Source: Mobula hypostoma
Lineage: Eukaryota
NCBI RefSeq assembly: GCF_963921235.1
Contig: NC_086108.1
Span: 1,240,001 to 1,304,000 of the forward strand
Length of the DNA stretch: 64,000 bases
Reading direction: 5' to 3'
This document shows positions 9,427-22,200 of this stretch, piece after piece; position 1 is the first letter of the stretch; each line of letters opens with the position of its first letter. The notes under the pieces were generated by a model, which saw only the letters and a list, made by a program, of their open reading frames with translations, was not told the origin of the DNA and searched no databases. The translations under genes were made by a program, and so were the position numbers.

Positions 9427-12400
9427 TCTGACAGTGAGACACTCACTCAACTGTCCCTCAGACAGTGCGACACTCCGTCAGTACTGTCCCTCTGACAGTG
9501 TGAGACTCCCTCAGTACTGTCCCTCTGACAGTGTGAAACTCCCTCAGTACTGTCCCTCTGACAGTGTGAAACTCCCTCAGTACTGTCCCTCTGACAGTGT
9601 GAGACTCCCTCAGTACTGTCCCTCTGACAGTGTGAGACTCCCTCAGTTCTGTCCCTCTGACAGTGTGAAACTCCCTCAGTACTGTCCCTCTGACAGTGTG
9701 AAACTCCCTCAGTACTGTCCCTCTGACAGTGAGACACTTCCTCAGTACTGTCCCTCTGACAGTGAGACACTTCCTCAGTACTGTCCCTCTGACAGTGTGA
9801 GACTCCCTCAGTACTGTCCCTCTGACAGTGTGAAACTCCCTCAGTACTGTCCCTCTGACAGTGTGAGACTCCCTCAGTACTGTCCCTCTGACAGTGTGAA
9901 ACTCCCTCAGTACTGTCCCTCTGACAGTGTGAAACTCCCTCAGTACTGTCCCTCTGACAGTGTGAGACTCCCTCAGTACTGTCCCTCTGACAGTGTGAGA
10001 CTCCCTCAGTTCTGTCCCTCTGAAAGTGAGACACTCCCTCAGGACTGTTCCTCTGACAGTGTGAAACTCCCTCAGTACTGTCCTTCTGACAGTGAGACAC
10101 TTCCTCAGTACTGTCTCTCTGACAGTGTGAGACTCCCTCAGTACTGTCCCTCTGACAGTGAGACACTTCCTCAGTACTGTCTCTCTGACAGTGTGAGACT
10201 CCCTCAGTACTGTCCCTCTGACAGTGTGAAACTCCCTCAGTACTGTCCCTCTGACAGTGTGAAACTCCCTCAGTACTGTCCCTCTGACAGTGTGAGACTC
10301 CCTCAGTACTGTCCCTCTGACAGTGTGAGACTCCCTCAGTTCTGTCCCTCTGACAGTGTGAAACTCCCTCAGTACTGTCCCTCTGACAGTGTGAAACTCC
10401 CTCAGTACTGTCCCTCTGACAGTGAGACACTTCCTCAGTACTGTCCCTCTGACAGTGAGACACTTCCTCAGTACTGTCCCTCTGACAGTGTGAGACTCCC
10501 TCAGTACTGTCCCTCTGACAGTGTGAAACTCCCTCAGTACTGTCCCTCTGACAGTGTGAGACTCCCTCAGTACTGTCCCTCTGACAGTGTGAAACTCCCT
10601 CAGTACTGTCCCTCTGACAGTGTGAAACTCCCTCAGTACTGTCCCTCTGACAGTGTGAGACTCCCTCAGTACTGTCCCTCTGACAGTGTGAGACTCCCTC
10701 AGTTCTGTCCCTCTGAAAGTGAGACACTCCCTCAGGACTGTTCCTCTGACAGTGTGAAACTCCCTCAGTACTGTCCTTCTGACAGTGAGACACTTCCTCA
10801 GTACTGTCTCTCTGACAGTGTGAGACTCCCTCAGTACTGTCCCTCTGACAGTGAGACACTTCCTCAGTACTGTCTCTCTGACAGTGTGAGACTCCCTCAG
10901 TACTGTCCCTCTGGCAGTGTGAAACTCCCTCAGTACTGTCCCTCTGACAGCGAGACACTCCCTCAGTACTGTCCTTCTGACAGTGAGACACTCCCTCAGT
11001 ATTGTCCCTCTGACAGTGTGACACTCCCTCAGTACTGTGCTTCTGACAGTGAGACACTCCCTCAGTATTTTTGCTCTGACAGTGTGACACTCCCTCAGTA
11101 CTGTCCCTCTGACAGTGAGACACTCCCTCAGTACTGTTCCTCCGACAGTGAGACACTCCCTCAGTACTGTCCCTCTGACAGTGTGACACTCCCTCAGTAC
11201 TGTCCCTCTGACAGTGTGACACTCCCTCAGTACTGTCCCTCCGACTGTGTGACTCTCCCTCAGTACTGTCCCTCCGACAGTGTGACGGCCCCTCAGTACT
11301 GTCCCTCTGACTGTGTGACTCTCCCTCAGTCCTGTCCCTTTGACAGTGAGAAACTCCCTCTGTACTGTCCCACTGACAGTGTGATGCTCCCTCGGTACAG
11401 TCCCTCTGACAGCGAGGCACCCCCTCGATACAGTCCCTCTGACAGGGACACTCCCTCAGTACCGCACCTCTGAGAGTGTGACACTCCCTCAGTATTGTCC
11501 CTCTCACAGTGTGACACTCCCTTAGTAATGTCCCTCTGACAGTGTGACACTCCCTCAGTACTCTCCCTCCAACAGTGGCACGGTCCGTCAGTACTGTCCA
11601 TCCGAGGCTGAGACAATCCCTCAGTATTGTCCCTCCGAAAGTTAACCATTCCCTCAGTACAGTCCCTCTGACAGTGAGGCACTCGCTCAGTACTGTCCCT
11701 CCGACAGTGAGACACTCCCTCACTACTGTCCCTCCAACAGTGGGATACACCCTCAGTACTGTCCCTCTGATAGTCTGCACTCACTCAGTACTGTCCCTCT
11801 GACAGGGAGACACGCTCTCAGTAATGAGCCTCTGACAGTGAGACACTCCCTCGGGAATGTCCCTCTGACTGTGAGACTCTCCGCCTGTACTCTCCCTCTG
11901 ACAGTGTAATATTCCCTCAGTACTGTCCCTCTGACAGTGAGATACTCCCTCACTACTGTCCCTCTGACAGGGAGACACTCCCTCACTACTGTCCCTCTGA
12001 CAGTGTGACACTACTTCAGTACAGTCCATCTGACGGTGTTACACTCCCTCAGCAATGTCCCTCTGACAGTGTGGTACTCCCTCAGTACTGACCCTCTGAC
12101 AGTCTGACACTCCCTCAGTCCGGTCCCTCTGACAGTGAGACATTCTCTCAGTACAGTCCCTCTGACAGTGAGACGCTCCCTCAGTACTGACCCTCTGACA
12201 GTGACAGTCCCTCAGTAAGGTCCCTCTGACAGTGTGACACTCCTTCAGTACTGGCTCCCTGACTGTGAGGCACTCCCTCAGTACTGTCCCTCCGACTGTG
12301 TGACTCTCCCTCAGTACTGTCCCTCCGACAGTGTGACGGCCCCTCAGTACTGTCCCTCTGACTGTGTGACTCTCCCTCAGTCCTGTCCCTTTGACAGTGA

Positions 12401-15400
12401 GAAACTCCCTCTGTACTGTCCCACTGACAGTGTGATGCTCCCTCGGTACAGTCCCTCTGACGGCGAGGCACCCCCTCGATACAGTCCCTCTGACAGGGAC
12501 ACTCCCCAAGTACCACACCTCTGAGAGTGTGACACTCCCTCAGTATTGTCCCTCTCACAGTGTGACACTCCCTTAGTAATGTCCCTCTGACAGTGTGACA
12601 CTCCCTCAGTACTCTCCCTCCAACAGTGGCACGGTCCGTCAGTAATGTCCATCCGAGGCTGAGACAATCCCTCAGTACTGTCCCTCCGAAAGTTAACCAT
12701 TCCCTCAGTACAGTCCCTCTGACAGTGAGGCACTCGCTCAGTACTGTCCCTCCGACAGTGAGACACTCCCTCACTACTGTCCCTCCAACAGTGGGATACA
12801 CCCTCAGTACTGTCCCTCTGACAGTCTGCACTCACTCAGTACTGTCCCTCTGACAGGGAGACACGCTCTCAGTAATGAGCCTCTGACAGTGAGACACTCC
12901 CTCGGGAATGTCCCTCTGACTGTGAGACTCTCCGCCTGTACTCTCCCTCTGACAGTGTAATATTCCCTCAGTACTGTCCCTCTGACAGTGAGATACTCCC
13001 TCACTACTGTCCCTCTGACAGGGAGACACTCCCTCACTACTGTCCCTCTGACAGTGTGACACTACTTCAGTACAGTCCATCTGACGGTGTTACACTCCCT
13101 CAGCAATGTCCCTCTGACAGTGTGGTACTCCCTCAGTACTGACCCTCTGACAGTCTGACACTCCCTCAGTCCGGTCCCTCTGACAGTGAGACATTCTCTC
13201 AGTACAGTCCCTCTGACAGTGAGACGCTCCCTCAGTACTGACCCTCTGACAGTGACAGTCCCTCAGTAAGGTCCCTCTGACAGTGTGACACTCCTTCAGT
13301 ACTGGCTCCCTGACTGTGAGGCACTCCCTCAGTACTGTCCGTCTGACAGTGAGACACTCCCTGAATACTGTCCCTCTGACAGTGTGACACTACTTCAGTA
13401 CAGTCCATCTGACGGTGTTACACTCCCTCAGCAATGTCCCTCTGACAGTGTGGTACTCCCTCAGTACTGACCCTCTGACAGTCTGACACTCCCTCAGTCC
13501 GGTCCCTCTGACAGTGAGACATTCTCTCAGTACAGTCCCTCTGACAGTGAGACGCTCCCTCAGTACTGACCCTCTGACAGTGACAGTCCCTCAGTAAGGT
13601 CCCTCTGACAGTGTGACACTCCTTCAGTACTGGCTCCCTGACTGTGAGGCACTCCCTCAGTACTGTCCGTCTGACAGTGAGACACTCCCTGAATACTGTC
13701 CCTCTGACAGTGAGACACTCCCTCATTACCTTCCCTCTGACTGTGTGAAATTCCTCAGTTCTGTCCCTCCGACAATGAGAGTCTCCCTCAGTACTGTCCC
13801 TCTGACAGTGAGACACTCCCTTAGTACTGTCCCTCTGACAGTCTGCACTCACTCAGTGCTGTCCCTCTGACAGAGAGACACGCTCTCAGTAATGACCCTC
13901 TGACAGTGAGACTGTCCACCAGTACTCTCCCTCTGACAGTGTGACACTTCTTCAGTACTGTCCCTTTGATAGTGAGAAGCTCGCTCAGTTCTGTCCCTCA
14001 GACTGTGTGACACTCCGTTAGTACTGTCCCTCCGACAGTGAGGCACTCCCTCAGTACAGTCACACTGATATTGAGACACTCCCTCAGTACGATCCCTCTG
14101 ACAGTGAGACACTCCCTCTGTACTGTCCCTCTCACGGTGAGACACTCACTCAGTACGGTCCCACTGACAGTGTGTAATTCCCTCAGTGCAATCCCTCCGA
14201 CTGTGAGACACTCTTTCAGTACTGTCCCTCTGACAGTGAGATACTCCCTCGGTACTCTCCTTCTGACAGTGAGACACTCGCTCGGTACGGTCCCTCCGAC
14301 AGAGAGACGATCCCTCTTTACTGTGCCTCTGACAGTGTGACATTCCCTCAGTACTGTCCCTCCGACAGCGTGACACTCCCAACGTACTGTCCCTCTGACA
14401 GTGTGACACTCCCTCAGTACTGTACCTCTGACAGTGAAACACTCCCTCAGTACTGTCCCTCTGACAGCGTGACACTCCCAACGTACTGTCCCTCTGACAG
14501 TGTGACACTCCCTCAGTACTGTCCCTCTGACAGTGAGACACTCACTCAGTGCTGTCCCTCTGACAAGGAGACACGCTCTCAGTAATGACCCTCTGACAGT
14601 GAGACTGTCCACCAGTACTCTCCCTCTGACAGTGTGACACTCCCTCAGTACTGTTCCTCTGACAGTTTGACACTCCCTCGGGAATGTCCCTCTCACAGTG
14701 AGACTCTCCGCCTGTACTCTCCTTCTGACAGTGTAACATTCCCTCAGTACCGTCCCTCTGACAGTGAGACACTCCCTCAGTACCGTCCCTCTGACGGTGT
14801 GACAGTCCCTCCGTACCATTCCTCTGAGAGTGAGACACTCCCTCACTACTGTCCCTCTGAAAGTGTGACACTCGGTCAGTACTGTCCCTCTGACAGTGTG
14901 ACACTCCCCCAGTACTCTCCTCCTGACATTGAGACACTCCCTCGGTACGGTCCTTCCGACAGTGAGACGCTCCCTCTGTACCGTCCCTCTGACAGTGTGA
15001 CACTCCCTCAGTACTGCCGCTCTGACAGTGTTGTACTCCCTCAGTACTGTCCCTCTGACGGTGTTTCACTCCCTCAGTACAGTCCCGCTGACAGTGAGAC
15101 ACTCCCAACATACTGTCCCTCTGACAATGAGACACTCCCTCAGCACCGTCCCTCTGACATCTGACACTCACTCAGTACTGTCCCGCTGACAGTGTGACAC
15201 TCCCTCAGCACCGTCCCTCTGACATCTGACACTCACTCAGTACTGTCCCGCTGACAGTGTGACACTCCCTTAGTACTGTCCCTCTGACAAGTCTGCACTC
15301 AATCAGTACTGTCCCTCTGACAGAGAGACACGCTCTCAGTAATGACCCTCTGACAGTGAGACTGTCCACCAGTACTCTCCCTCCGACAGTGAGACACTCC

Positions 15401-15709
15401 CTCAGTACTGTCCCTCTGACAGTGTGACACTCCCTTAGTAATGTCCCTCTGACAGTGTGACACTCCCTCAGGACTGTCCCTCTGACAGTGAGACACTCCC
15501 TCAGTACTGTCCATCAGACAGCGTGACACTCCCTCAGTACTGTCCCTCCGACAGTGTGACACTCCCTCAGTACTGTCCGTCTGACAGTGTGACACTCCCT
15601 CAGTACTGTCTGTCTGACAGTGTGCACTCACTCAGTAATGTCCCTCTGACAGTGAGGTACTCCCTCAGTTCCGTCCCTCTAACAGTGTGACTCTCCCCCA
15701 GTACTGTCC

Positions 15710-16215
15710 TTTTCAAGGCGTTTAGTCCACCTTTGGTCCCCACCTGGCACTCAGCTCTCACCTTTGGCTCCCCGTAGCTGTTTGCATGCGACAGCGGCCA
15801 CACCACGGGCAATGGCTTCGACAAGCCGGCAAAACCAGGTGAGGGTAGCCGACGGGTCTCAAACCTTAAGTGAGATAGGGAGTTGTCTATCCCAGCATGT
15901 GAAGACAGACTCCGGTGGATTGAGTGGACGAGACCAATGGAAGGTCCAACGGTCAAGAAAGCGGTCTCTACAAGCGTCGAGGAACGTGTAGAGCAGGAAA
16001 AGATACAGAAGACGTCCTGGTCATCCACTGCGCCTAGTCCCATCTCACGCCGTCTCGACTCTGTCTTGCCACTGGATCCAGATGGGAATTGGGAAGAGAG
16101 AGTGAGGCTGATGCTGCCCAAATCTCCCTCACTTAAATCCAAGTCACGCGCTAGTCTCGACACCACCAATAATGGTGTCGAGGTCCTCATCGATGTTGAC
16201 GATGTACGAACACAC
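15710..16215 (+). mobile_element. 506-bp non-coding retroposon inserted into a satellite monomer
   Basis: Unique sequence flanked by the TSD ACTGTCC (15703-15709 and 16216-16222) with a short (AC)n 3' tail. Homologous to 940-1455. Confidence 0.9.
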
Positions 16216-19200
16216 ACTGTCCATTTGACAGTGTGACACTCCCTCAGTACTGCCCCTCCCGCAGTGTAATGCTCCCTCAGTTCTGTCCCTCTGACAGTGA
16301 GATACTCCCTCAGTACTGTCCATCGGACAGTGAGACACTCCCCCAGTACTGTCCCTCCGAAAGTGTGACGGTCCCACAGTACTGTCCATCCGACAGTAAG
16401 ACACTCCCTCAATACTCTCCAATCGACAGTTTGGCACAACCTCAGTCCTGTCCCTCTGACAGTGAGACACTCCCTCAGTCCTGTCCCTCTGACAGTGAGG
16501 CACTCCCTCAGTACTGTCCCTCTGACAGTGAGGCACTCCCTCAGTACTGTCCATCGGACAGTGAGATATTCCCTACGTATTAACCCTCTGACAATGTGAC
16601 ATTCCATCAGTATCGTCCCTCTGACAGTGTGACACTGCCCCAGTACCGTCCTTCTGACAGTGTGACACTCCCTCAGTACCTCTCCCTGACAGTGTGACAC
16701 TCCCTCAGTACCATCCATCTGACAGTGAGACGCTCTCTCAGTACTGTCCCTCTGACAGTGAGACACTCCCTCAGTACCGTCCATCTGACGGTGTGATATT
16801 CCCTCAGTGCTGTCCCTCCGACTGTGAGACACTCCCTCAGCACTGTCCTTCTGACAGTGTGACACTCCCTCAGTACTGTGCATCTGACAGTGAGACACTC
16901 CCTCAGCACTGTCCTTCTGACAGTGTGACACTCCCTCAGCACTGTCCTTCTGACAGTGTGACACTCCCTCAGTACTGTACATCTGACAGTGAGATACTCC
17001 CAGAGTACAGTCCCTCTGACAGTGAGACCCTCCTTCAGTGCTGTTCCTCTGACAGTGTGACAATCCGTCAGTACTGTCCCTCTGACAGTGTGACACTCCC
17101 TCAGTACTCTCCTTCTGACAGCGAGTCACACCGTCAGTAGTATACCCCTGACAGTGTGACACTCCCTCAGTACTGTCCCTCTGACAGCGAGACACTCCCT
17201 CAGTCCTGTCCCTCTGACAGTGTGTCACTCGGTCAGTACTGTCCCTCTGACAGTGTGATATTCCCTCAGAGCTGTTCCTCCGACTGTGAGATACTCCCTC
17301 AGTACTGTACCTCTGACAGTGAGACACTCCCCCAGTAGTCTAGCTCTGACCTTGAGACACTCCCTCGGTACGGTCCTTCTGACAGTGAGACCTTCCCTCA
17401 GTGCTGTCCCTCTGACAATGTGACACACCGTCAGTACTGTCCCTCTGACAGTGTGACATTCCCTCAGTCCCGTCCCTCTGACAGTGTGTCACTCGGTCAG
17501 TTCTGTCCCTCTGACAGTGTGATATTCCCTCAGAGCTGTCCCTCCGACTGTGAGATACTCCCTCAGTACTGTACCTCTGACAGTGAGACACTCCCCAGTA
17601 GTCTTGCTCTGACCTTGAGACACTCCCTCGGTACGGTCCTTCTGACAGTGAGACTCTCCCTCTGTACCGTAGCTCTGACTGTGAGACACTCCCTCAGTAC
17701 TATCCCTCTGACGGTGTGACACTCCCTCAGTACTGTCTCTCTGACAGTGCTACTTTCTCTCTGTACTGTCCCTGCAAGAGTGAAACACTGCCTTACTACA
17801 GTCCCTCCGACAGTGAGATCCTCCCAGAGTACAGTCCCTCTGAAAGTGAGACCTTCCCTCAGTTCTGTCCCTCTGACAGTGCGAGACTCCCTCAGCACTG
17901 TCCCTCCGACAGTTTGACATTCCCTCGAGAATGTCCCTCTTACAGTCAGGCACTCCCTCTGTAATGTCCCTCTGACAGTGAAACTCTCCGCTTGTACTCT
18001 CCCTCTGAGAGTGTGACATTCCCTCAGTACCGTCCCTCTGACGGTGAGGCACTCACTCAGTAGTATACCACTGACAGTGAGACACTTCCTTAGTACTTTT
18101 CATCTGACTGTGAGATACTCCCACAGTACTGACAGCGTGACACTCAGTCAGTACCGTCCCTCTGACAGTGTGATATTCCCTGAGTGCTGTCCCTCCGACT
18201 GTGAGACACTCCCTCAGTACTGTACCTCTGCAGTGAGATACTCCCTGAGTACTGTCCCTCTGACAGAGTGACACATTCGCAGTACTGTTCTCTGACAGTA
18301 TGACACCCCCCTAATACTCTCGATCGGACAGTGAGACACTCCATCGGTACGGTCCCTTTGACAGTGAGAGACTCCCTCAGTACTGTCCCACTGACAGCCT
18401 GACAATCCCTCAGTACTGTCCCTTCGACAGTGTGACACACCCTAAGAACTGTCCGTCTGACAGTGTGACACTCCCTCAGTACCGACCCACTGACGGTGTG
18501 ACACTTCCTCAGTACTGTCCCTCTGACAGTGTAACACTCCCTCAGTTCTGTCCCTCTGACAGTGTGACACTCCCTCAGTCCTGTCCCTCTGACAGTGTGC
18601 ACTCACTCAGTACTGTTCCTCCGACAGTGAGACACCCCCTCAGCACTGTCCCTCTGACAGTGTGACACTCCCTCAGTTCTGTCCCTCTGACAGTGTGACA
18701 CTCCCTCAGTACTGTCCCTCTGACAGTGTGACACTCCCTCAGTACTGTCCCTCTGACAGTGTGCACTCACTCAGTACTGTCCCTCTGACAGTGTGACACT
18801 CCCTCAGTTCTGTCCCTCTGACAGTGTGACACTCCCTCAGTACTGTCACTCTGACAGTGTGCACTCACTCAGTACTGTCCCTCTGACAGTGTGACACTCC
18901 CTCAGTACTGTCCCTCTGACAGTGAGACACTCCCTCAGCACAGTTTCTCTGACAGTGAGACACTGCCTCAGTACTGTCCCTCTGACAGTTTGACATTCCC
19001 TCGGGATTGTCCCTCTGACAGTCAGGCACTCCCTCTGTAATGGCCCTCTGACAGTGAAACTCTCCGCCTGTACCCTCCCTCTGAGAATGTGACATTCTCT
19101 CAGTACCGCCCCTCTGACGGCGTGACACTCCCTTAGTACCGTCTCTCTGATGGTGTGACACGCCCTCAGTACTGTCCCTCTGACAGTGTGATATTCCCTG

Positions 19201-22200
19201 AGTGCTGTCCCTCCGACTGTGAGACACTCCCTCAGTACTGTACCTCTGCAGTGAGATACTCTCTGAGTACTCTCCCTCTGACAGAGTGACACATACTCAG
19301 TACTGTCCTCTGACAGTAAGACACTCCCCTAGTACTCTCGCTTGGACAGTGAGACACTCCTTCGGTACGGTCCCTTTGACAGTGAGACACTCCCTCAGTA
19401 CTGTCCATCTGACAGTGAGACACTCCCTCAGTACTGTCCCTCTGACAGTGTGCACTCACTCAGTACTGTCCCTCCGACAGTGAGACACTCCCTCAGCACT
19501 GTCCCTCTGACAGTGTGACACTCCCTCAGTACTGTCCCACCGACAGTGAGACACTCCCTCAGCACTGACCCTCTGACAGTGTGCACTCACTCAGTACTGT
19601 CCCCCTGAAAGAGTGACACTCCCTCAGTACTGTACCCCTGCAGTGAGATACTCTCTGAGTACTCTCCCTCTGACAGAGTGACACATACTCAGTACTGTCC
19701 TCTGACAGTAAGACACTCCCCTAGTACTCTCGCTTGGACAGTGAGACACTCCTTCGGTACGGTCCCTTTGACAGTGAGACACTCCCTCAGTACTGTCCAT
19801 CTGACAGTGAGACACTCCCTCAGTACTGTCCCTCTGACAGTGTGCACTCACTCAGTACTGTCCCTCCGACAGTGAGACACTCCCTCAGCACTGTCCCTCT
19901 GACAGTGTGACACTCCCTCAGTACTGTCCCACCGACAGTGAGACACTCCCTCAGCACTGACCCTCTGACAGTGTGCACTCACTCAGTACTGTCCCCCTGA
20001 AAGAGTGACACTCCCTCAGTGCTGTCCCTCTGACAGTGAGTGACTCCATCAGTACTGTCCGTCTGACTGTTTGACACACCCTCAGTACGGTCCCTCTGAC
20101 AGTGTGACACTCCTTCACTGCTGTCCCTCTGACTGTGAGACACTCCCCCAGTACTGTCCCTCTGACTGTGAAACACTCCGTCAGTACTGTCCCTCTGACA
20201 GTGTGTCACTCACTCAGTACTGTCCCTCTGACAGTGAGACACTCCCTCACCACTGTCTTTCTGATAGTGAGACACTACCTCAGTTCTGTCTGTTTGCAGT
20301 GAGACACTCCCTCAGTTCTGTCCCTCTGACAGAGAGACACTCACTCAGTATGGTCCCTCAGACAGAGTGACTCTCCCTCAGTACAGTCCCTCTGAGAGTG
20401 AGACACTCCCTCAGTACTGTCCCTCCGACAGTGAGACGCTCTCGCAGTACTGTCCATCTAAGAGTGTGGCACTCTCTCAGTACCGTCTCTCTGATAATGA
20501 ACATTCCCCAAGTACTGTCCCTCTGAAAGTGTGTCAGTCCCTCAGTACTGTTCATATGACTGTCAGACACTCCCTCAGTACTGCTCTCTGACAGTCACGC
20601 ACTCCGTCAGTACTGTCCCTCTAACAGTTTGACATTCCCTTAGTGCCATCCCTCTGATGGTGTGACACTCCGTCCGCACTTTCCCTCTGACAGTGTGACT
20701 CTCCCTCAGTCCTGTCCCTCTGACAGTGTGACTCTCCCTCAGTTCTGTCCCTCTGATGGTGTGACACTCCGTCCGCACTTTCCCTCTGACAGTGTGACTC
20801 TCCCTCAGTCCTGTCCCTCTGACAGTGAGACACCCCCTCAGTACTGTCCTTCTGGCAGTGTGACACTCCCTCAGTATTGTCCCTCCGACAGTTAGACACT
20901 CCATCAGTACTGTCCCTACGTGAGTGAGTCACTCCCTTACTACTGTCCCTCCGACTGTGAGACACTCAGTCAGTATTGTCCCTCTGACAGTGAGACACTC
21001 CCTCCGTACGGTCCCTCTGACCGTGAGACACTCCCTCAGTACTGTCCCTCTGACTGTGACATTCCCTCAGTACTGTCCCTCTGAGAGTGTGACTCTCCCT
21101 TAGTACAGTCCCTCTGACTGTGAAACACTCCCTCAGTACTGTACCCCTGACGTGTGACACTCCCTCAGTACTGTCCCTCTGACAGTGAGGCACTCCCTCC
21201 GTGTGGTCTCTCTGACAGTGTGATACTCCCTCAGTACTGTCCCTCAGAGAGTGTGACTCTCACTTAGTACTGCTCTTCTGACAGTGAGACACTTCCTCAG
21301 TACTGTCCCTCTGACAGTGTGACAGTCCCTCAGCAATGTCCCTCTGACAGTGAGACATCCCCTCAGTACTGTCCCTCCAAGAGTGAGACTCTCCCTTAGT
21401 ACTGTCCCTCCAACTGTGAAACACTCCCTCCGTACGGTCCCACCGACAGTGAGCCACTCCCTCAGTACAGTCCCTCTGACAGTGTGACACTCCCTCAGTA
21501 CTGTCCGTCCGACAGTTGGACACTCCCTCAGTACTGTCACTCTTAGAGTGTGACTCTCACTTAGTACTGCTCCTCTGACAGTGAGACACTTCCTCAGTAC
21601 TGTCCCTCTGACACTGTGACAGTCCCTCAGTAATGTCCCTCTGACAGTGAGACATCCCCTCAGTACTGTCCCTCCAAGAGTGAGACTCTCCCTTAGTACT
21701 GTCCCTCCAACAGTGAAACACTCCCTCAGTAAGGTCCCACCGACAGTGAGACACTCCCTCGGTACTGTCACTCTTAGAGTGTGACACACCCTTAGTACTG
21801 TCCCTCCGACTGTGAGACACTCCCTCACTACCCTCCCTCTGACAGTGTGACACTCCCTCAGTACCGTCCCTCTGACAGTGTGACACTCCCTCAGTACCGT
21901 CCCTCTGACTGTGACATTCCCTCAGTACCGTCCCTCTGACAGTGAGACACTCCCTCAGTAACGTCCCTCTGACAGTCAGACACTCCTTCAGTACTGTCTC
22001 TAAGAGTGAGACACTTCCTCAGTACTGTTCCTCCGACAGTGTGACACTCCCTCAGTGCTGTCCCTCTGACAGTGTAAGACTCCCTCAGTACTTTCCCTCC
22101 GACAGTGAGACAAACCCTCAGTACGGTCTCTCTGACAATGAGACACTCCCTCATTACTGTCCCTCTGATGGTGTGACACTCCCTCAGTATGGTCTCTCTG

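Noticed and set aside
9434..11780. Long ORFs (679 aa LPQYCPSDSV repeats; 777 aa EGVSHCQRDST repeats) and the many similar ORFs across the array as repetitive proteins
   Set aside because: A 33-bp period keeps several frames open on both strands. Stops and frameshifting short monomers are scattered freely, most starts are non-ATG, and there are no unique domains.
15600..17327. 575-aa minus-strand ORF (and its copy 27016-28743) reading through the insert
   Set aside because: Chance read-through of satellite plus antisense retroposon, with no recognisable domain.
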